Both the position numbers and the translations under genes were made by a program. The notes beneath the pieces were generated by a model that saw nothing but the letters and a program-made list of their open reading frames with translations, did no database searches and was not told the origin of the DNA. Shown here piece by piece: positions 25,101 to 39,070 of a DNA stretch of 64,000 nt; positions within the stretch are counted from its first letter, which is position 1, and every line of letters starts with the position of its first letter. This DNA comes from Octopus vulgaris (lineage: Eukaryota). The stretch lies in contig OX597818.1 of the NCBI GenBank assembly GCA_951406725.2, positions 133,238,001 through 133,302,000 of the forward strand. Reading direction: 5' to 3'.

Positions 25101-27313
25101 ATATATATATATATATATGCAAAAAACTTACTGTTGACAAAAGCTGTATGACGTTCAATTATAGATAATTAAAAATACACATTAAGTACAGGACATCACT
25201 TAATGTGTATTTTTAATTATATGTATATATATATAGTGGGTCAGAGTTTTTGTAGAAGACACCTGCCCAAGCTGTTATGGAGTGGAATTGAACCCATAAC
25301 TGGATGGTTATGGAGCAAACTTTTTAATAACACAGTCATGTCTCCACCTGTATGCACGTGTGTATGTGTGTGTGTGCGGGTGTGCATGTGTGCAAAATGG
25401 TGCAATAATTGACATCCAAAAAATAGAAACTATTGTCAATGCTGCAAAAATGGATTTAATGCTATATATAAGTGCTTGTCCATCTTTTGTTCTTTTGACT
25501 CCTTATTACTGCTCAAACTAAACATTTCTTTGTTGAACTATTTTACTTTGATTAGGGAGTTGGAGTTTAAGAATCTGCATTAGTCTAAGCACTAATCTGA
25601 TTCATCTACTCTATGCTAATGCAAGCATTTTCTCACCATTTGTAAATATGGAAAATATATTTACTAATTGTGAATATAAGTGAAATTGCACGTGATAGCA
25701 CTGCATCCTTCAAAACTTCCATGCTTTCTGAGATTCGCCAACACTACACCTGATTTTCTCCCCTCCAAACACACACAAGCATGTATCTGACTCATGCATT
25801 GTTCGCTTTCCAGACATTTGTACATTACTGCATGTACTTTATATGCACTGTCTGACAAGTTGTGGTGCACCTGAGCGCTGTTTACAATAATTTCATTATT
25901 ATTATTTTTTAATACAGGGTAAAAAGTTGAAGTTGAAATGCTGACAAATTTCACTATCAATACTAATATTATTTTCTACAACAGGTACAATGTCTGAAAC
26001 TTGGGAGGTAGAAGATCCAGTTGGTTACATCACTCCAGTGTTTAACTGGTATTTTTTCTGTCACCCATGAAATTGTGAAAGACAATGTTGTCCTTGGCAG
26101 TATTTGAACTTAGAACATAAGACCAGAAGTTATGCCACTAAGCATTTTGTTTAACATGTTAACGATTCAGCCAGGATGGCCACCTTACTACCATTACTGA
26201 TATTGACTCAAATTTAAGGCAGAGAATGTATGACTTCTTTTTTTATATTTTATTTTTGTAGTTGTGGAATATTATCAAATTGTAGATTAGCAAGAATCAC
26301 ACAATTATATTCACATTTTTAAGGTATCAGTCCTAGGGATTCATTTATTATTTTCCCATTTTATTGTTATTTCTTAATTCTATAGTGATTTCTTATCAAC
26401 AAACAAAACTGAAAGATATAACAATAACATGAAAACCAACAACCAATTATATAAGATAATTCTATCATACAACAATAATAGAAAAAATAATACAGCACGC
26501 TGAATTTATATTTATTTGAAATAAATATTTTTAATGGGATACTCAGAGAAGGAGAGCCAGCACCTATGGCCCTTTACAGGGCCTCCAAAACTGGGAGAAG
26601 GAAGAAGACACAACAAAATGGCAATCTTGTAAGTTATACATCTTATTGATCCACTGTCATCAGTTTGAGACAAACGTATTAAGTGCAAATAAATAACAAA
26701 AGGTAAAAAGTTCACTAAATTTGATTTGTTCTTCTTGAATGTGACCCTAGCTGAAATAAAGAGGTTACAAACAATATCTTATCAGTTCTAGAAATATTCT
26801 GGAATAATGAAAAGACTAGGATCCATTCTTGACATAACAACTATTGCAGCCATACAATGTAGTTTCAATAGTTTCTTGAGGACAATATTTGTAGATAATA
26901 GAAGTGTTCTGATAAATAGCAAGAAAAAAAAAACAATAATGGCAAGAACAATAATAAAAGTGAATTCTATATGCTGCCTGGAGAATCAATTAACTAAGAT
27001 TCTCACAGCATTTGCATATACTTCATTTGCATATACTTCAAATAAGAATTATAGTTAATAAAATGAATAGTGTTATATTTAATATTACATTTCCAATATA
27101 TTTAGAGAAATTAAAATGTTTTGTGCATGTTGGATGGGTGAACAGTGGCAAAATCTTTATTTGAAATTTAACAATATTGATTATTGAGGTCATATATATT
27201 CAGATGTCAATGAAAATGTAACAAATCAAAATTTAAAAGTATGAAAAGAATATTAAAAAAATATTCCATTTTAATTAAAATTTTGTAGAGTTTTTCATAA
27301 AATTAATTAATAG

Positions 27314-27666
27314 GATTTGTTGGTTCTCTACTGTGACATAAGCCGTAGCTATTTATGGTGATACAGTATAATGGAACACTTGCCTGCAGTATTAGCACAA
27401 AAAAAGACAAAAACAATCTCAGCAATTACATTGTAAGTCAACTGAAAATGTGCAAAAGGCCTCTAGTCAAAGATGAAGTTGTTAGTATTGTTCCCACTAT
27501 CTCAAGTGAAGTATCCCGGAACTCCCAAAGTAGCTGAATGAAACTTGTACAAATATACTGTCGGTTCCAGCAGTACCTTGTAATGAGTTTAATATTGATA
27601 AGATGATTTTTGCCATCACTAAAATGACTATTTTAAGTTAACACGAGAATGTTAATTCTCTGGAAT
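27314..27666 (+). pseudogene. Candidate exon DLLVLYCDISRS/..IQYNGTLAC..NYIVSQ.., frameshifted
   Basis: AG at 27312-3, gtaagt donor at 27667; includes ORF 27355..27537. Confidence 0.4.
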
Positions 27667-28377
27667 GTAAGTGATGGGGAAAGAGAAAAAAAAATAATAA
27701 TAAAATAAAAAACTAAAAGAGAAAGAAAGTGTGAGAGGTGGAAAAGAAAAAGTGAAGCTTCCAGCTTTAAGTGTCAAGTGTAGTGGGCCAGAAGGCTACA
27801 CATGCAAAGTAATTCTCTCATTCTCAGAATATTTTATGAATATTATCTTAAGTAATCAATGCTTTGCCAATTCATTTTTATTTCAATCAGAAATACCTTC
27901 CAGGTGATAGCAAGAATTATTAACATCTTTTGATAAAAACACAACTAATTCCACAGATTAACATGATGTAAAGGCCGAAATGTCTCCATGCCGGTCATTT
28001 CCTCAATTGTCCACCACCACCACCACCATCACCACCACCCTACCCAATAATGCTTCCAGTGTTTCTTTTTCTTTATTCAATCTTTTTTTTTTTTTCATTT
28101 AAAAGATACTTTCTTCAGTTGATATTTTTGGTGTTTGAATTTTCTTTTCACAATTTCTTTATAAAATTATATTTTATTTTGTTTAAGTTATTATCATACT
28201 GGTTTGCATATTTTTTTGTTTCTTTTTTGCATATTTAGCAACTTATTTGCATTAGAACTCCCCTCCTAGTTCTCTTCATATTTGCTAACTCTATTTTCTG
28301 TTTATTTATTATTTTATTCGTTTATGTATTTAATTTTTGTAACCCCTTTTTTTGGGGGGGTTCTTATTTTATTCTAC

Positions 28378-28574
28378 CTGTTACCAACAAACAGTCACAC
28401 CAGCAACCTATTCCTTTACGCTACCAATCAATAAACTTATTGCTTTTCTCAACTTTCACCCTTTATCTAATTTAGTTATTCTCTTAGTGTGGTTTTCACA
28501 ATTCAAAATAATCGATGTTACATCTACTTACAATGATGCAGTATCAATAGCTTTCTTCTTTTCAAAGAAACAAG
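28378..28574 (+). pseudogene. Candidate exon ..CYQQTVTP..FSQFKIIDVTSTY..FFSKKQG
   Basis: CAAG|gtacag donor; resembles the CATSPERE C-terminal KILDPNYSFC region; 5' boundary uncertain. Confidence 0.45.
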
Positions 28575-28922
28575 GTACAGAGAAGAAGATATTTAAAAAA
28601 TAAAAAAAACATCAAGAAAAATACCAAAAAAAATCTATTTCTCTTCTCTGTCTCATAACTCTACTTTATCACCTTATGGCATCCCTATAATTATGTGCTA
28701 AATTAACTAAATTATTAGATAAATAATGAAACATTTTAGTTAATTAACAAATGTGGCCATTTTTCCTACCTTTCACATGTAATCATAATGACCTGACTAG
28801 CATGATAATCATTTTTCTCAAATCAAATAAAGCTCCTTCACTAAATTCATTAATATTTCTAATTAAAAAAAAACACATAAATGCACAAATTTTGCACAGA
28901 CATACACACACACATATATATG

Positions 28923-28962
<40 letters not shown>

Positions 28963-29731
28963 TACATACACATGTATGTATGTATGTATGTATGTATGTA
29001 TGTATGTATGTATGTATGTATATGCATGCATACATCTATGAACATGCTTCAAAACAGGAGCCATTTCAATATTTTGGCTTTATCAAAGATCTATGAAGAT
29101 GGTTCAAATGTAATCCAGATATTTTTACTTTTAAAGTAATAAATTATGTACAGATAAATAAATTTATATATTCTAATGTCTTATTTTGTTCTTTTTTTTT
29201 TTACCAAAATAAAAAGGCAAAATTCAGATTATCTTACAAAATATTAAAATAAATTTTGTATGTGGAGATAATTTTGGAATCTTACTTTACCATATTTCTA
29301 AACTAACTGAAGCCTAGCTTAACAAAGCAGAACAAAAAAACAGAAAGAAAATAGATGATTTTTTCCTTTTAAAATAACTCTTGACCCACTCCAATCTCTC
29401 TAAACCTGAAATATCAGCTCCCTACGCATCATGGTCTATTTTCATCAGATTCTATTATTACTGTTTAATCAACATTAGATAATCATTCATCTCTTGGATA
29501 ATTTTGATAAGAAACTTAATCTGAAATCATGAGATAAAACACATAACTTTTGAATTTTGGTTAAGTCAAATTTTCTAGTTATTTTTCCAGTTAATAAACA
29601 CCTAAACATTTTTTTTTAAATATTCATTTTCTTCTCTATTTGGCTAGTTACTGTTATCACTGGAGACACTTGTCCCACTCTTGTAATTTGATCACCAACA
29701 TCAACTGAGTTGCAGTATATTATAATGATAA

Positions 29732-29946
29732 GGCGGTGAATTGATAGAAACGTTAGCATGCCAGGCGAAATGCTTAGCAGTATTTTGTCTGCCGTTACAT
29801 TCTGAGTTCAAATTCCACCAAGGTCGACTTTGCCTTTCATTCTTTCAGGGTTGATACGCACTGGGGTCGATGTAATTGACTTAATCCCTTTCTCTGTCCT
29901 TGTTTGTCCCTTCTATGTTTAGCCCCTTGTGGGCAATAAAGAAATA
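29732..29946 (+). mobile_element. SINE family C (tRNA head + Nin-like core)
   Basis: gcctttcat(c/t)ctttc(a/g)ggg core; 18-bp TSD agtatattataatgataa. Confidence 0.85.
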
Positions 29947-30636
29947 AGTATATTATAATGATAATTAATTGGCAAATATCAAACGTGGCTACTTCAAAAA
30001 TACAATAACCAAAGAGCCTTCTCTTAACACACTAAAACTATTTTGGTTATCTGGAGCTTCGTCTCTGCTTAAGATATAGAATAACATTTCATTAATCTTG
30101 GTTATCAATATCAACATCATCATTGTCATGTCTGCATTTCCATGTTTACATGTATCAGACAGAATTTGCTGTGGCAGATTTTCTACAGTTGGATGCCCGT
30201 TCTGTCACCAAACCTGACCTATTTTCAAATAAGGTATTTCTCCGTGACCAGAAATATTTTAACAGAAGTTTGGAAATGAAACTGTTTTACATGATAATGA
30301 CACTAATTTGCAACTATCATGAAATGTCATGGAAAAGAGACAGTAACACTCACATGCACAAACATATATATGACTTCTGGTACTTGACTGAGGAAAGAAG
30401 GCCATGAATGACCTGTCTTTTTTTGCCTGTCCTTCTAATTGTTGTTTCTCCTGTCCACCTTTGTATCATTTATCTGTCTGAATGTTTCATTGTCTCCTAT
30501 TGAATTTTTGTTCCATTTTTTATATTTATAGATACACACACACACAATCGCATGCACGCAAACACACACACACACGCATGCACGCATGCACACATGCACA
30601 CACACACACACATACATACATACATAAATACATACA

Positions 30637-30686
<50 letters not shown>

Positions 30687-31259
30687 CTAAGCAATTAAGG
30701 GTTTAGCAACGAATTGCCTTACCGCACACCGAATTTAGAAATAGCAGTCAAAGAGATTATAGCTATTTCTTCTACTAAAAGGGAGATCTCAGTAAAAACA
30801 CAGCATTTGAAAGGCAAACACAAACATTTAAAGAGAATGAATAGACGGCAATCTATCATACAGTTTTAAGTCACCTACGGACGTACGTTTCGAGATCAAG
30901 TCTTCGGAAAGCATAAGAATTAGATAATTCTACCTTACTCATACTTCTTCTCTCATTAGCGCAGGATACAAACAATCATGAATGATTGTATATTGAATTT
31001 TGAGATACTAGAAGGCACCAACTCAACTCAGTATCGGAGCGAGCTAGAAGCCACAGCTAGTATCACCAAATTCAAAGTGTGAATGAAAGTTTGTGTCACC
31101 AGTCCCTTCCCACCCGCGTGTAGCCAAGACAAAGTGCTGTGGTCATTTACTGGGATGAATATGGTTATCAGTAACAATGAAGGGTGAAATTAATTAATTT
31201 AGAATAATTATCAATTACACCAAGTAGTCTTCGGCATGTAAAAGCCTCATTCGAGGAAA

Positions 31260-31263
<4 letters not shown>
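30687..31263 (-). mobile_element. ~580-bp HHR-bearing element between (TA)n tracts
   Basis: TA tracts on both sides; contains HHR 30874-30965. Confidence 0.6.
30874..30965 (-). ncRNA. Type I hammerhead motif with G5>A core change and long loop II
   Basis: Reverse complement: CCTGCG-CTAATGA-GAGA...TCTC-GAAA-CGTACG-TC-CGTAGG. Confidence 0.75.
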
Positions 31264-31304
<41 letters not shown>

Positions 31305-31306
<2 letters not shown>

Positions 31307-31646
31307 CTGGGCTTCTTTCAGTTTCTGCCTACCATATCCACTTGCAAGGCTTTGGTTTGTCTTCTGAAGCTATAGTAGGAGACACTTGCCCAAGGTGCCA
31401 TGTAGTGGGACTGAACCTGGAACCATGTGGTTGGGAAGCAAGCTTCTTACCACACAGTCACTCCTGCACCTATATATATATAATGATATATATCTTTCAG
31501 CTTCTGTCAACAAAATCCACTCACAAGATTCTGATTGGCCCAGGGCAATAGTCAAAGACACTTGCCCAAGGTACCACACAGTGGAACTGCACCCAGGACC
31601 ATGTGGTTGAGAACCAAGCTTCTTACCACACAGCCATGCCTGCACC
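31305..31646 (-). mobile_element. Two tandem 5' halves of SINE family A
   Basis: tRNA head repeated at ~31380-31470 and ~31555-31646. Confidence 0.75.
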
Positions 31647-32320
31647 TCTTAGTAAGAGACATTTTATTCAAATAATTTTATCAGAGCTATTTCATTCAGG
31701 ACAAATGTTACGGAGTAACTGATGACACAATAGCATTTACTTCTTGTGTTATAAAACAGAATTATGTACCACTTCTCTGAACAAAGTAGAGATTCCATAT
31801 AGAAGGAAATTCAGGAATCACCACTCCTTAGTTTGCAGGAGGCCTCTTCATTTTATATAGTTACAAATAATATAATCTTTCATCTTTTACTTGTTTCAGT
31901 CATTAGACTGCAGCCATGCAGGGACACCATCTTGAAGAATTTTTTAACAACCACAAATAATTCCATTTGGTCCTCTACAGGTGTTGAACATATTTCTAAA
32001 AGAGTGCACATTTATTATACTTGCTACTCCAACTTTATGAGGGAAAGAAAATGGCCAAAGTAACTAATATACTTTTAGCTGTTGCCATTGATGACAATAA
32101 TAATGAGAAGTCGAAACTGCCAGACTCAAATAGAAAGTGGATTGATTATTGTAAAATAGCATTATATTCTCAGCCACATAGTTCAATCAACAAAACCTCA
32201 TCATGATAACAGGCTTCAGCTAAAAAAAAAATAAATCAACTATTCTCCTCCCCACCTCTGGACATATACAATCCTCTGTAAAACTTTGATGAAATACATA
32301 TCCTTTGTAATATAAATAAC

Positions 32321-32409
32321 CTTTAATCATCTCCGCATGGTATTATCACTGGCTTAGGGACTGGCTGTTGATAGTCTTGTCGTATTAATGAGGCAATTTG
32401 TTGTCTTGA
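32321..32409 (-). pseudogene. Candidate exon SRQQIASLIRQDYQQPVPKPVIIPCGDD*
   Basis: Strong polypyrimidine tract ending ttttgtatctgcag, AAG|gttatt donor. Confidence 0.45.
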
Positions 32410-34036
32410 CTGCAGATACAAAAGCTAAACTAAAACAAATCAGGGAAAACAACAGAAACATAAATCTTACAGTGTCTTTTCATTAGAAAAAGTAATAATA
32501 TTCTCACATCGTAACATTAAACAGTTTCACTCAACAACATTATCCCTCACATATCTATCATTTCTCTGACTCTCGTTTACTCGTTTACTCGTTTACTTGT
32601 TTCAGTCATTTGACTGCGGCCATGCTGGAGCACGTTACTGTTTGATTTGATTTTTTTTTTCTTCTTTCTTTATAATCATAATTTCGTTAAAGAAACTATA
32701 ATCTATTTCTAGTAAATTAATCCAGCATCACAGGAATTATGAATTTGATTGCAGGTTGAAATTTTTGTTTTGCATAATTAATATTTCAGAAAGGAAGGAG
32801 GGGGTAAGAGGAAAGGAGGGAAACGATGAAAAAAAAAACTGGAAACAATGGCAAGGTGAGTGGAAAAACGTAGCCCAAGTTGTAATTTCTTTCAATTTAA
32901 GAATTCAAAATGTCATTAGCAGCATGCGAAATAAATATCAATGTCAAAAAATTTGTTCATGTTCTCTATAACAAATAGTCTTAGCTAGCTATTTATAACT
33001 GGATTAAGGTTTCTGGAAGACTTTGTGCAAAGAAAAGCAAACAAGTAATTAGTCATTGTCCTCTTTAGATAAAACTTATTAACATTCACTGAATTAAGAA
33101 TACTGTTAAGTTGTTTGGCAAAATTTTCATTCATCAACAATAGCAGCAATCTTATGACTTGAGGTGATAAATTTTATATTCGTTATGATAAGCTACACAC
33201 ACCAAAGTAAAGCAATAAAAATTCACTCTCTGGTTCATTACTTGAACATTCAAATACTCAACAGTTACGAAGTTAGAGTTGCTAGCACACAAACACAGCA
33301 TCAAGTCTGGGTGTTGATATTTGATTTAAAAAAAACAAAATTGTCAAGTTATACCCATTTACACAGGAAATTTTTGATCTACAGGAGTATTTTGGTAATT
33401 TGATACTTCATTTCTTTTCTCATTTCATATTCACTCCACTATACGTATGATGATTTATTTAGTGAAGCAATTATTTTATAGCCAGATGTCCTTTCTACTG
33501 CTAACCACTAACCAAATAGATTTTTGATCAGGTTAACAAACAGCAGCAGATAGCACAACACAGCAACATTATAAATACATAATATTTATTGATTCCCATC
33601 ATATTCAGATAAATGTATTTTGCTCAGTAAACCTAAGAGTAGAAAATGGATAAATGCCAACACAAAATCATAATCATAAAGTAAAACTAAAATTGATTGC
33701 ATCAACTTTGGTAGACTACTAGTACTTATTTTATCAAGTAATAAACTTGATAAAAGAGGAAATTGACTTCAATAAAATTTGATCTAACAGTAAAGAGTGA
33801 GGAGTAAAATGAAATGCTATTTAGTCTGATGCTCTGGAATGAAAACAACACTTCTTTTTTATGGAGATGTACTTGCATAGCAAGTGACCTGATCTGAGAT
33901 CGTGTGCTGGAACGAAAACAATTGCAGCGTGGAAGATGTTTATAAGCCATTTAAGAAACACACAAAAACCGTTAGATTCATTTCAACATTTAATCCCACT
34001 AATTACTTATTTTGGATGTCTGTGCTAAATTGAAAG

Positions 34037-34117
<81 letters not shown>

Positions 34118-34118
34118 C

Positions 34119-34343
34119 GGCGAGCTGGCAGAAACGTTAGCATGCCGGGCGAAATGCTTAGCGGTATTTTGTCTGCCGCTACGTTCTGAGTTCAAATTCC
34201 GCCGAGGTCGACTTTGCCTTTCATCCTTTCGGGGTCGATAAATTAAGTACCAGTTCACTGGGGTCGATGTAATCGACTTAATCCGTTTGTCTGTCCTTAT
34301 TTGTCCCGTCTGTGTTTAGCCCCTTGTGGGTAGTAAAGAAATA
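34119..34343 (+). mobile_element. SINE family C
   Basis: ggcgagctggcagaaacgttagc head, gcctttcatcctttcggggtcgataaa core. Confidence 0.85.
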
Positions 34344-35405
34344 TATATATATATACATACATACATATAGCTTCACCATTCCAGATCTCTGTGATTATAA
34401 AGTCTCTGTGTAGAAATGTCTAGAATCTATACCAAATATATATTTTTGTTCACAAACAGTTCTACATATTTCCTTTCAGCTTTTTTTTTTATCAACCAAT
34501 CTCAAAATAAGTATAAACATTAGAAGTTTTAAAAGGAAAGTGGAACTTCAATAATCCTAAAATCAAACCAGAAACTTAACCCCAATTCTGTAGAATCTCA
34601 ATTGTCAACTTTAATCCGAGTTGCTTAAGAAATGAGGCTACAAGTAACAATTTGTAGAGATTCTATATTTATGAAAATAAATCCTGTAACTACACTGTTG
34701 AATTTACTGGATTACTGTTTTTTTGAAGATAACATGAACTATCAGTTCCGTAAATATAGAGCTTAAAAGTATTTTGTATATCGAAAGCAATTAAAGAGTA
34801 AGAAATACCATATAATGTCAGAATTCATTGCTCATCACAGCACACAAGCTTCTTTTACCTTACAATGTTTATCTCCTCAGTTTATCTAGATATCTAAATG
34901 CTTGTTACTATTTTTTACATGGCAACTAAACAAAGGAACTTGTTTAGTTCTGGAGTACTTATACTACAAGTACTGAAGTACTTATACTACAAAATATTGC
35001 AATTAATTTAACCCCTGTTTTCTTTGGAAACAGATGTAAAATAATCAAAACAGAATATATAACAAACATGTTTTATTATACTTAGATCTAAACATCCTTG
35101 TATTTTGAATCATTTCAAATATTAAGAACTATGGATCTCTCTGTCAAATTAAAACAATCAAAGTTGACAACTTGAAACAGATTTCTCAACAGTAGCTTAA
35201 TGGCTTGGTGGGATGCCAAGCCCTTATACTAGCCTTGTACTATAAAATGTCATTTCTAAAGATTCTATTATTCCCCCCAAAATATTTTTTCTTTAAATCT
35301 AAATGTGCCTTAAACCAAAAGAAAAGCCAAAATAATGTAAACAGTCAATTCCATACCCATTTTCCCTTCTTTAAATCATGTATACGGTTGAATAAATTTT
35401 AATTT

Positions 35406-35918
35406 ACACTTGCAGAATGGTTGGCGTTAGGAAGGGCATCCAGCTGTAGAAACACTGCCAGATCAGACTGGAGCCTGGTGCAGCCCCTGGCTTCCCAGAC
35501 CCCGGTCGAACTGTCCAACCCGTGCTAGCGCGGTAAACGGATGTTAAACGATGATGATGTTGATGATGATGATATATGCTATAAAATAGAATTATAATAT
35601 ATAATGCATGAGACACAATGGGTGTGAGATTACAATGCTGAATTACTACTGAGTCAATGGTCAAAATTTCAAATTTTCCAACAATCATGCTCCCGAGAGA
35701 GATACAAAACTCTGCTTGCTCACTAGTTTGCCAGCCTGACAAAAACAGGTTCCATCTTAATTTCATCATCATCATCATCATCGTTTAACGTCCGTTCTCC
35801 ATGCTAGCATGGGTTGGATGGTTTGACCGGGGATCTGGGAAGCCAGAAGGCTGCACCAGGCTCCGGTCTTATCTGGCAAAGTTTCTAAAGCTGGATGCCC
35901 TTCCTAACGCCAACCATG
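35406..35918. mobile_element. Two family B 3' fragments in inverted orientation (35406-35572 +, 35763-35918 -)
   Basis: Mutually reverse-complementary ~150-bp bodies with (GAT)n tails facing each other. Confidence 0.8.
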
Positions 35919-37588
35919 CAGGCAGTACTTAAATTAGTTATCGCTTATTCTTTTTCTCTTACTTGTTTTTACATTACTACTGAAAACAGTGTTTTCCATG
36001 AATATGATGATGAGAAAATGGTTAAGAGAGATTTTCTAAAAATTTTAACAGCACCAAAATTTTGAGGAATGCAAATCCACATTCTCAAAAGTATGGAATA
36101 TGAATGTTTATTCAAGATTACTTTTATACATTCACATTCATTTTCTTCTTAAGTGTAATAAGTTTTGCTTCCAAATAAGACTAAATTGAAACTCAGCTAT
36201 CTGTATTTCTATATCTTAGATTCAACCACTCAAATATATCTAATTTTAGATCCATGATATCAGCTTCAACAAAATATCTATAAATCCTATTACATTTTTT
36301 TATTTTCAAACTCTCTAAATTTCTTAATCTATGAAAAACTACTAAGACATGACCATTAAAACTTTTACAAACTGTTTTATCATTATCATCATCACCATTG
36401 CTTTACATCCTCCTTTCATGCATTGAATCGTTTGACAGAAGCTGGCCAGGTAGGAGCCTGCACCATGCTTCTGTGTCTGTTTTGGCATGGTTTTTATGGA
36501 TGGATGTTCTTCCTAACACCAACCACTCCATAGAGTGGGCTGATTGCATTTTACATGGCACTTGCACAGGCAAGGTCAGTTTTGGCAAGGTTTTTACAGT
36601 TGAATGCCCTTTCAAATGCTAGCCATTTTACAGTGTGGATTGGGTGCTTTTTAAGTGGTACCTGCACTGGCAAGATCACCAAGTAACTTTACAAGACAAG
36701 AAATCTTTGAAAGGGAAAGGGACACTGTCTTGTGACAGATGATGACAGGTTAGAGTGTGACAGAGAGACAGAAACAGATGTTTTGCTTCAGAGGAGGTAC
36801 GTGGTTACCCAGCCAGAGGAAGAGAGGTATTTATGTATTGTACAGAAATCTTACAGCTAGTTTCTTCAACAAATTTCTTCTCTTTAGAAGGGTAATTGAA
36901 ATTTATAATGGTAAAACTTGCAGCTGCTAAATGGAAGAGTCTGTCAAGAATTTAAATAAGATCTCCAACTGACAGCATTTCTGCTTTAACAGTTGGGGTA
37001 TATATTGTTTGTGGTCTTCAACAGGTTTGGAAGAATGACTAGTGTTTAGTGTCAGAATACCTATTCCAAGTTCTACCTGCAACTAATTCCTTAAACAATG
37101 TGCAAAGACATTTATCACCATTATCAATACTAATATATTATTCAGTCCATCAGTTTTGACAATTTTATTCACTTTCTTTTATGATAATTTACTTTCTTTC
37201 CTTTTGTTATTAGTATTTGATACCATTATGATTAGGTATGGAAAACGAGAAAATTTTTTTTTTTTTTAATTTAAAAATATGTACTTGTCATATCATGTTA
37301 ACATGTGTAAGTGACTAATTCCTTAATTTGTAAGCAACTTTTAATTCATAGGATGTAATATAAAGTACTGTATGGTTAGGTATCACCAAAAATACAAAGT
37401 TTTGAGACTGTGTTAAACATCTAAAATTCTTTGTGAAATTTAGTGAGTTTTTATTACGGGATATTGTAGGGAGAGCTTTTTTTTTTCAAAAATCCATTGC
37501 ATATCCCCTAAAAGTTCACATATATCATAGTTTCCCATCACTGCCCTAAGATGTACTAATTTCCCCATCTTTTCCCCATAGGCCATGA

Positions 37589-37809
37589 TATGGGAGGGTG
37601 CTGAAATGTTCCTGGCTTTAAGGGTATCACAAAAGGCTTGGTTGGAGGCCCAACATTACGAATTCTTTTATAGGGCTTAGAAAACGTGAAGGACCACTAC
37701 AATAGGTCTGTGAATCTGAGAGGAGAATATGTTGATTAAAATCATAATTAACAGATCTTCCTGTATTTTCTTTTACCCAAAGCCAGGAACTTTTCAGCAC
37801 TGCCTCATA
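37589..37809 (+). mobile_element. Mariner-derived MITE
   Basis: ~30-bp TIRs ta.tgggagggtgctgaaatgttcctggcttt / aaagccaggaacttttcagcactgcctca.ta with TA ends; internal VNLRGEYVD* resembles the mariner transposase C-terminus. Confidence 0.8.
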
Positions 37810-38781
37810 TGTCTTGAAATTGATATTACACTCCCATTCTTCTCACTTTAGTATCAAAATTGAAGAATAGTTGTTACTCAGCCAAAAAGTTTCATTTGCC
37901 AGTTCCTCCCAACTAATGTAGCTTTGAAGTGATTAAGTGGTTCCTCCAAATCAGGAAACCGTTAGCAGTTGTTTGACAATCTTCCCTTCTGCATTGAAGC
38001 ATCACAACTGGCTCAGGTAAAAACTAAAAGAACAGTGTTTCATAACCTGTTAACGTGGCATGGCAAAGAAATACGTTCACTAGACAGCAGCCTAGTACAC
38101 GTTGATGCAAGTAGGAACACTTTGGTACATTTTATCACTCTAATGAGAGACAGTATTGTAAATTTAGAACAATTTAGAATATTTTACTTATAAATAGGTA
38201 CATTTTACAGAGTTGAACACTTAGAGCTCAGCATTAGGATTCAGAATGAACCACATGAAAACAAAAAACATATAATCAAAAAATGTAGCACCTGGCCAAA
38301 TAAAGGTGGGAAGCAATGACTACTTAAGTATGACTACTTTGGGTACACAGTGAATTTGTGCCAAAATATGGATAGATATGCTTCTTTTTTTTTTTTGCTT
38401 ATTAATGTGACAAGTGCATATTGTGCTGACTAATATTGCTGACATAACTGATTATCATAACAGAATACAACATTCTGAACAGAACTGAAATTATATAAAA
38501 GATTACAAGAACACAAAATAGAAAAAACATTGAGGAATATCGAGTTTTTTTTTTCTTTGAAATATACTTTGCTCCAACAGATTCTAATTCTTTTTATAAC
38601 TCTCCAATAAGCATTACAGTAATTTGGAATTTGATGTTGTAATAATAATATTCTAAATAAGTTCATATTTACAAAGTCATCTCAATGCATGGTACTTCAA
38701 AAAATCTCAGTTGAGGAGGTAAGTGAAAAGTTGACTAATATAGTCAAAAGAAAGATGAAAAAATACAAACATCGGAATTAC

Positions 38782-39070
38782 CTTTTCATGGCTTCCTGCT
38801 GAACATTGGAGTTATCCTCATTAACCAAATTATTCTTGTTTATTTCTTGCTCTTCTGTTACATTTTCTATGTTACCTAGGTCTGAGCTTACAACTTCTTC
38901 TTCTTCAGTTAAACTCGTTACATTCTGCAAAGATAATACCCTTAATTATAAACCTAATTTTGGAGAAATTTGCAACTTTTTCTCTGATGTGATTCATATT
39001 GCAAAAGCTCAAGACCCTTCACCATCAAAGTAATTGGTTATATTTAAGGAATGACCTCCCGGCATAACAC
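38782..39070 (-). pseudogene. Candidate exon GVMPGGHSLNITNYFDGEGS*...NVTSLTEEEEVVSSDLGNIENVTEEQEINK...QQEAMK
   Basis: tatgcag acceptor (alternative tctttgcag at 38925), AAAAG|gtaatt donor; the last 47 codons are open and Glu/Asn rich. Confidence 0.5.

Larger units (their letters stand above)
5042..28574 (+). pseudogene. Decayed multi-exon gene resembling CatSper channel auxiliary subunit epsilon (CATSPERE/C1orf101-like)
   Basis: AG/GT-bounded segments at 5042-5098, 7172-7241, 10215-10411, 10616-11013, 11566-11712, 19953-~20034, 21677-21885, 24078-24118, 24613-24779, 26792-~26880, 27314-27666 and ~28378-28574. The first four are phase-compatible. Translations give, in order, FHTLGQ, LLFLTLFP/SPEGNAI, DLSNWI*I..IKQLLVSENGALTL, IFEEDTAFWS, VIIWTN, VLYCD, YQSIN, KIIDVTSTY. 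These match the order of remembered human CATSPERE motifs MATLGQ, LILLTFP/SPRGSQL, DSFKSWTRI..VILSRDGIVFL, YNEDTKQWV, LLLWNK, VGCD, YEIIN, KILDPNYSF. In-frame stops and frameshifts are present. Confidence 0.6.

Noticed and set aside
27960-28005. atgatgtaaaggccgaaatgtc as a hammerhead
   Set aside because: No CUGAnGA core or helix II
37880-37962. RFPDLEEPLNHFK resembling MSH6
   Set aside because: Only a 5-residue match, preceded by a stop, with no other MSH6 segments
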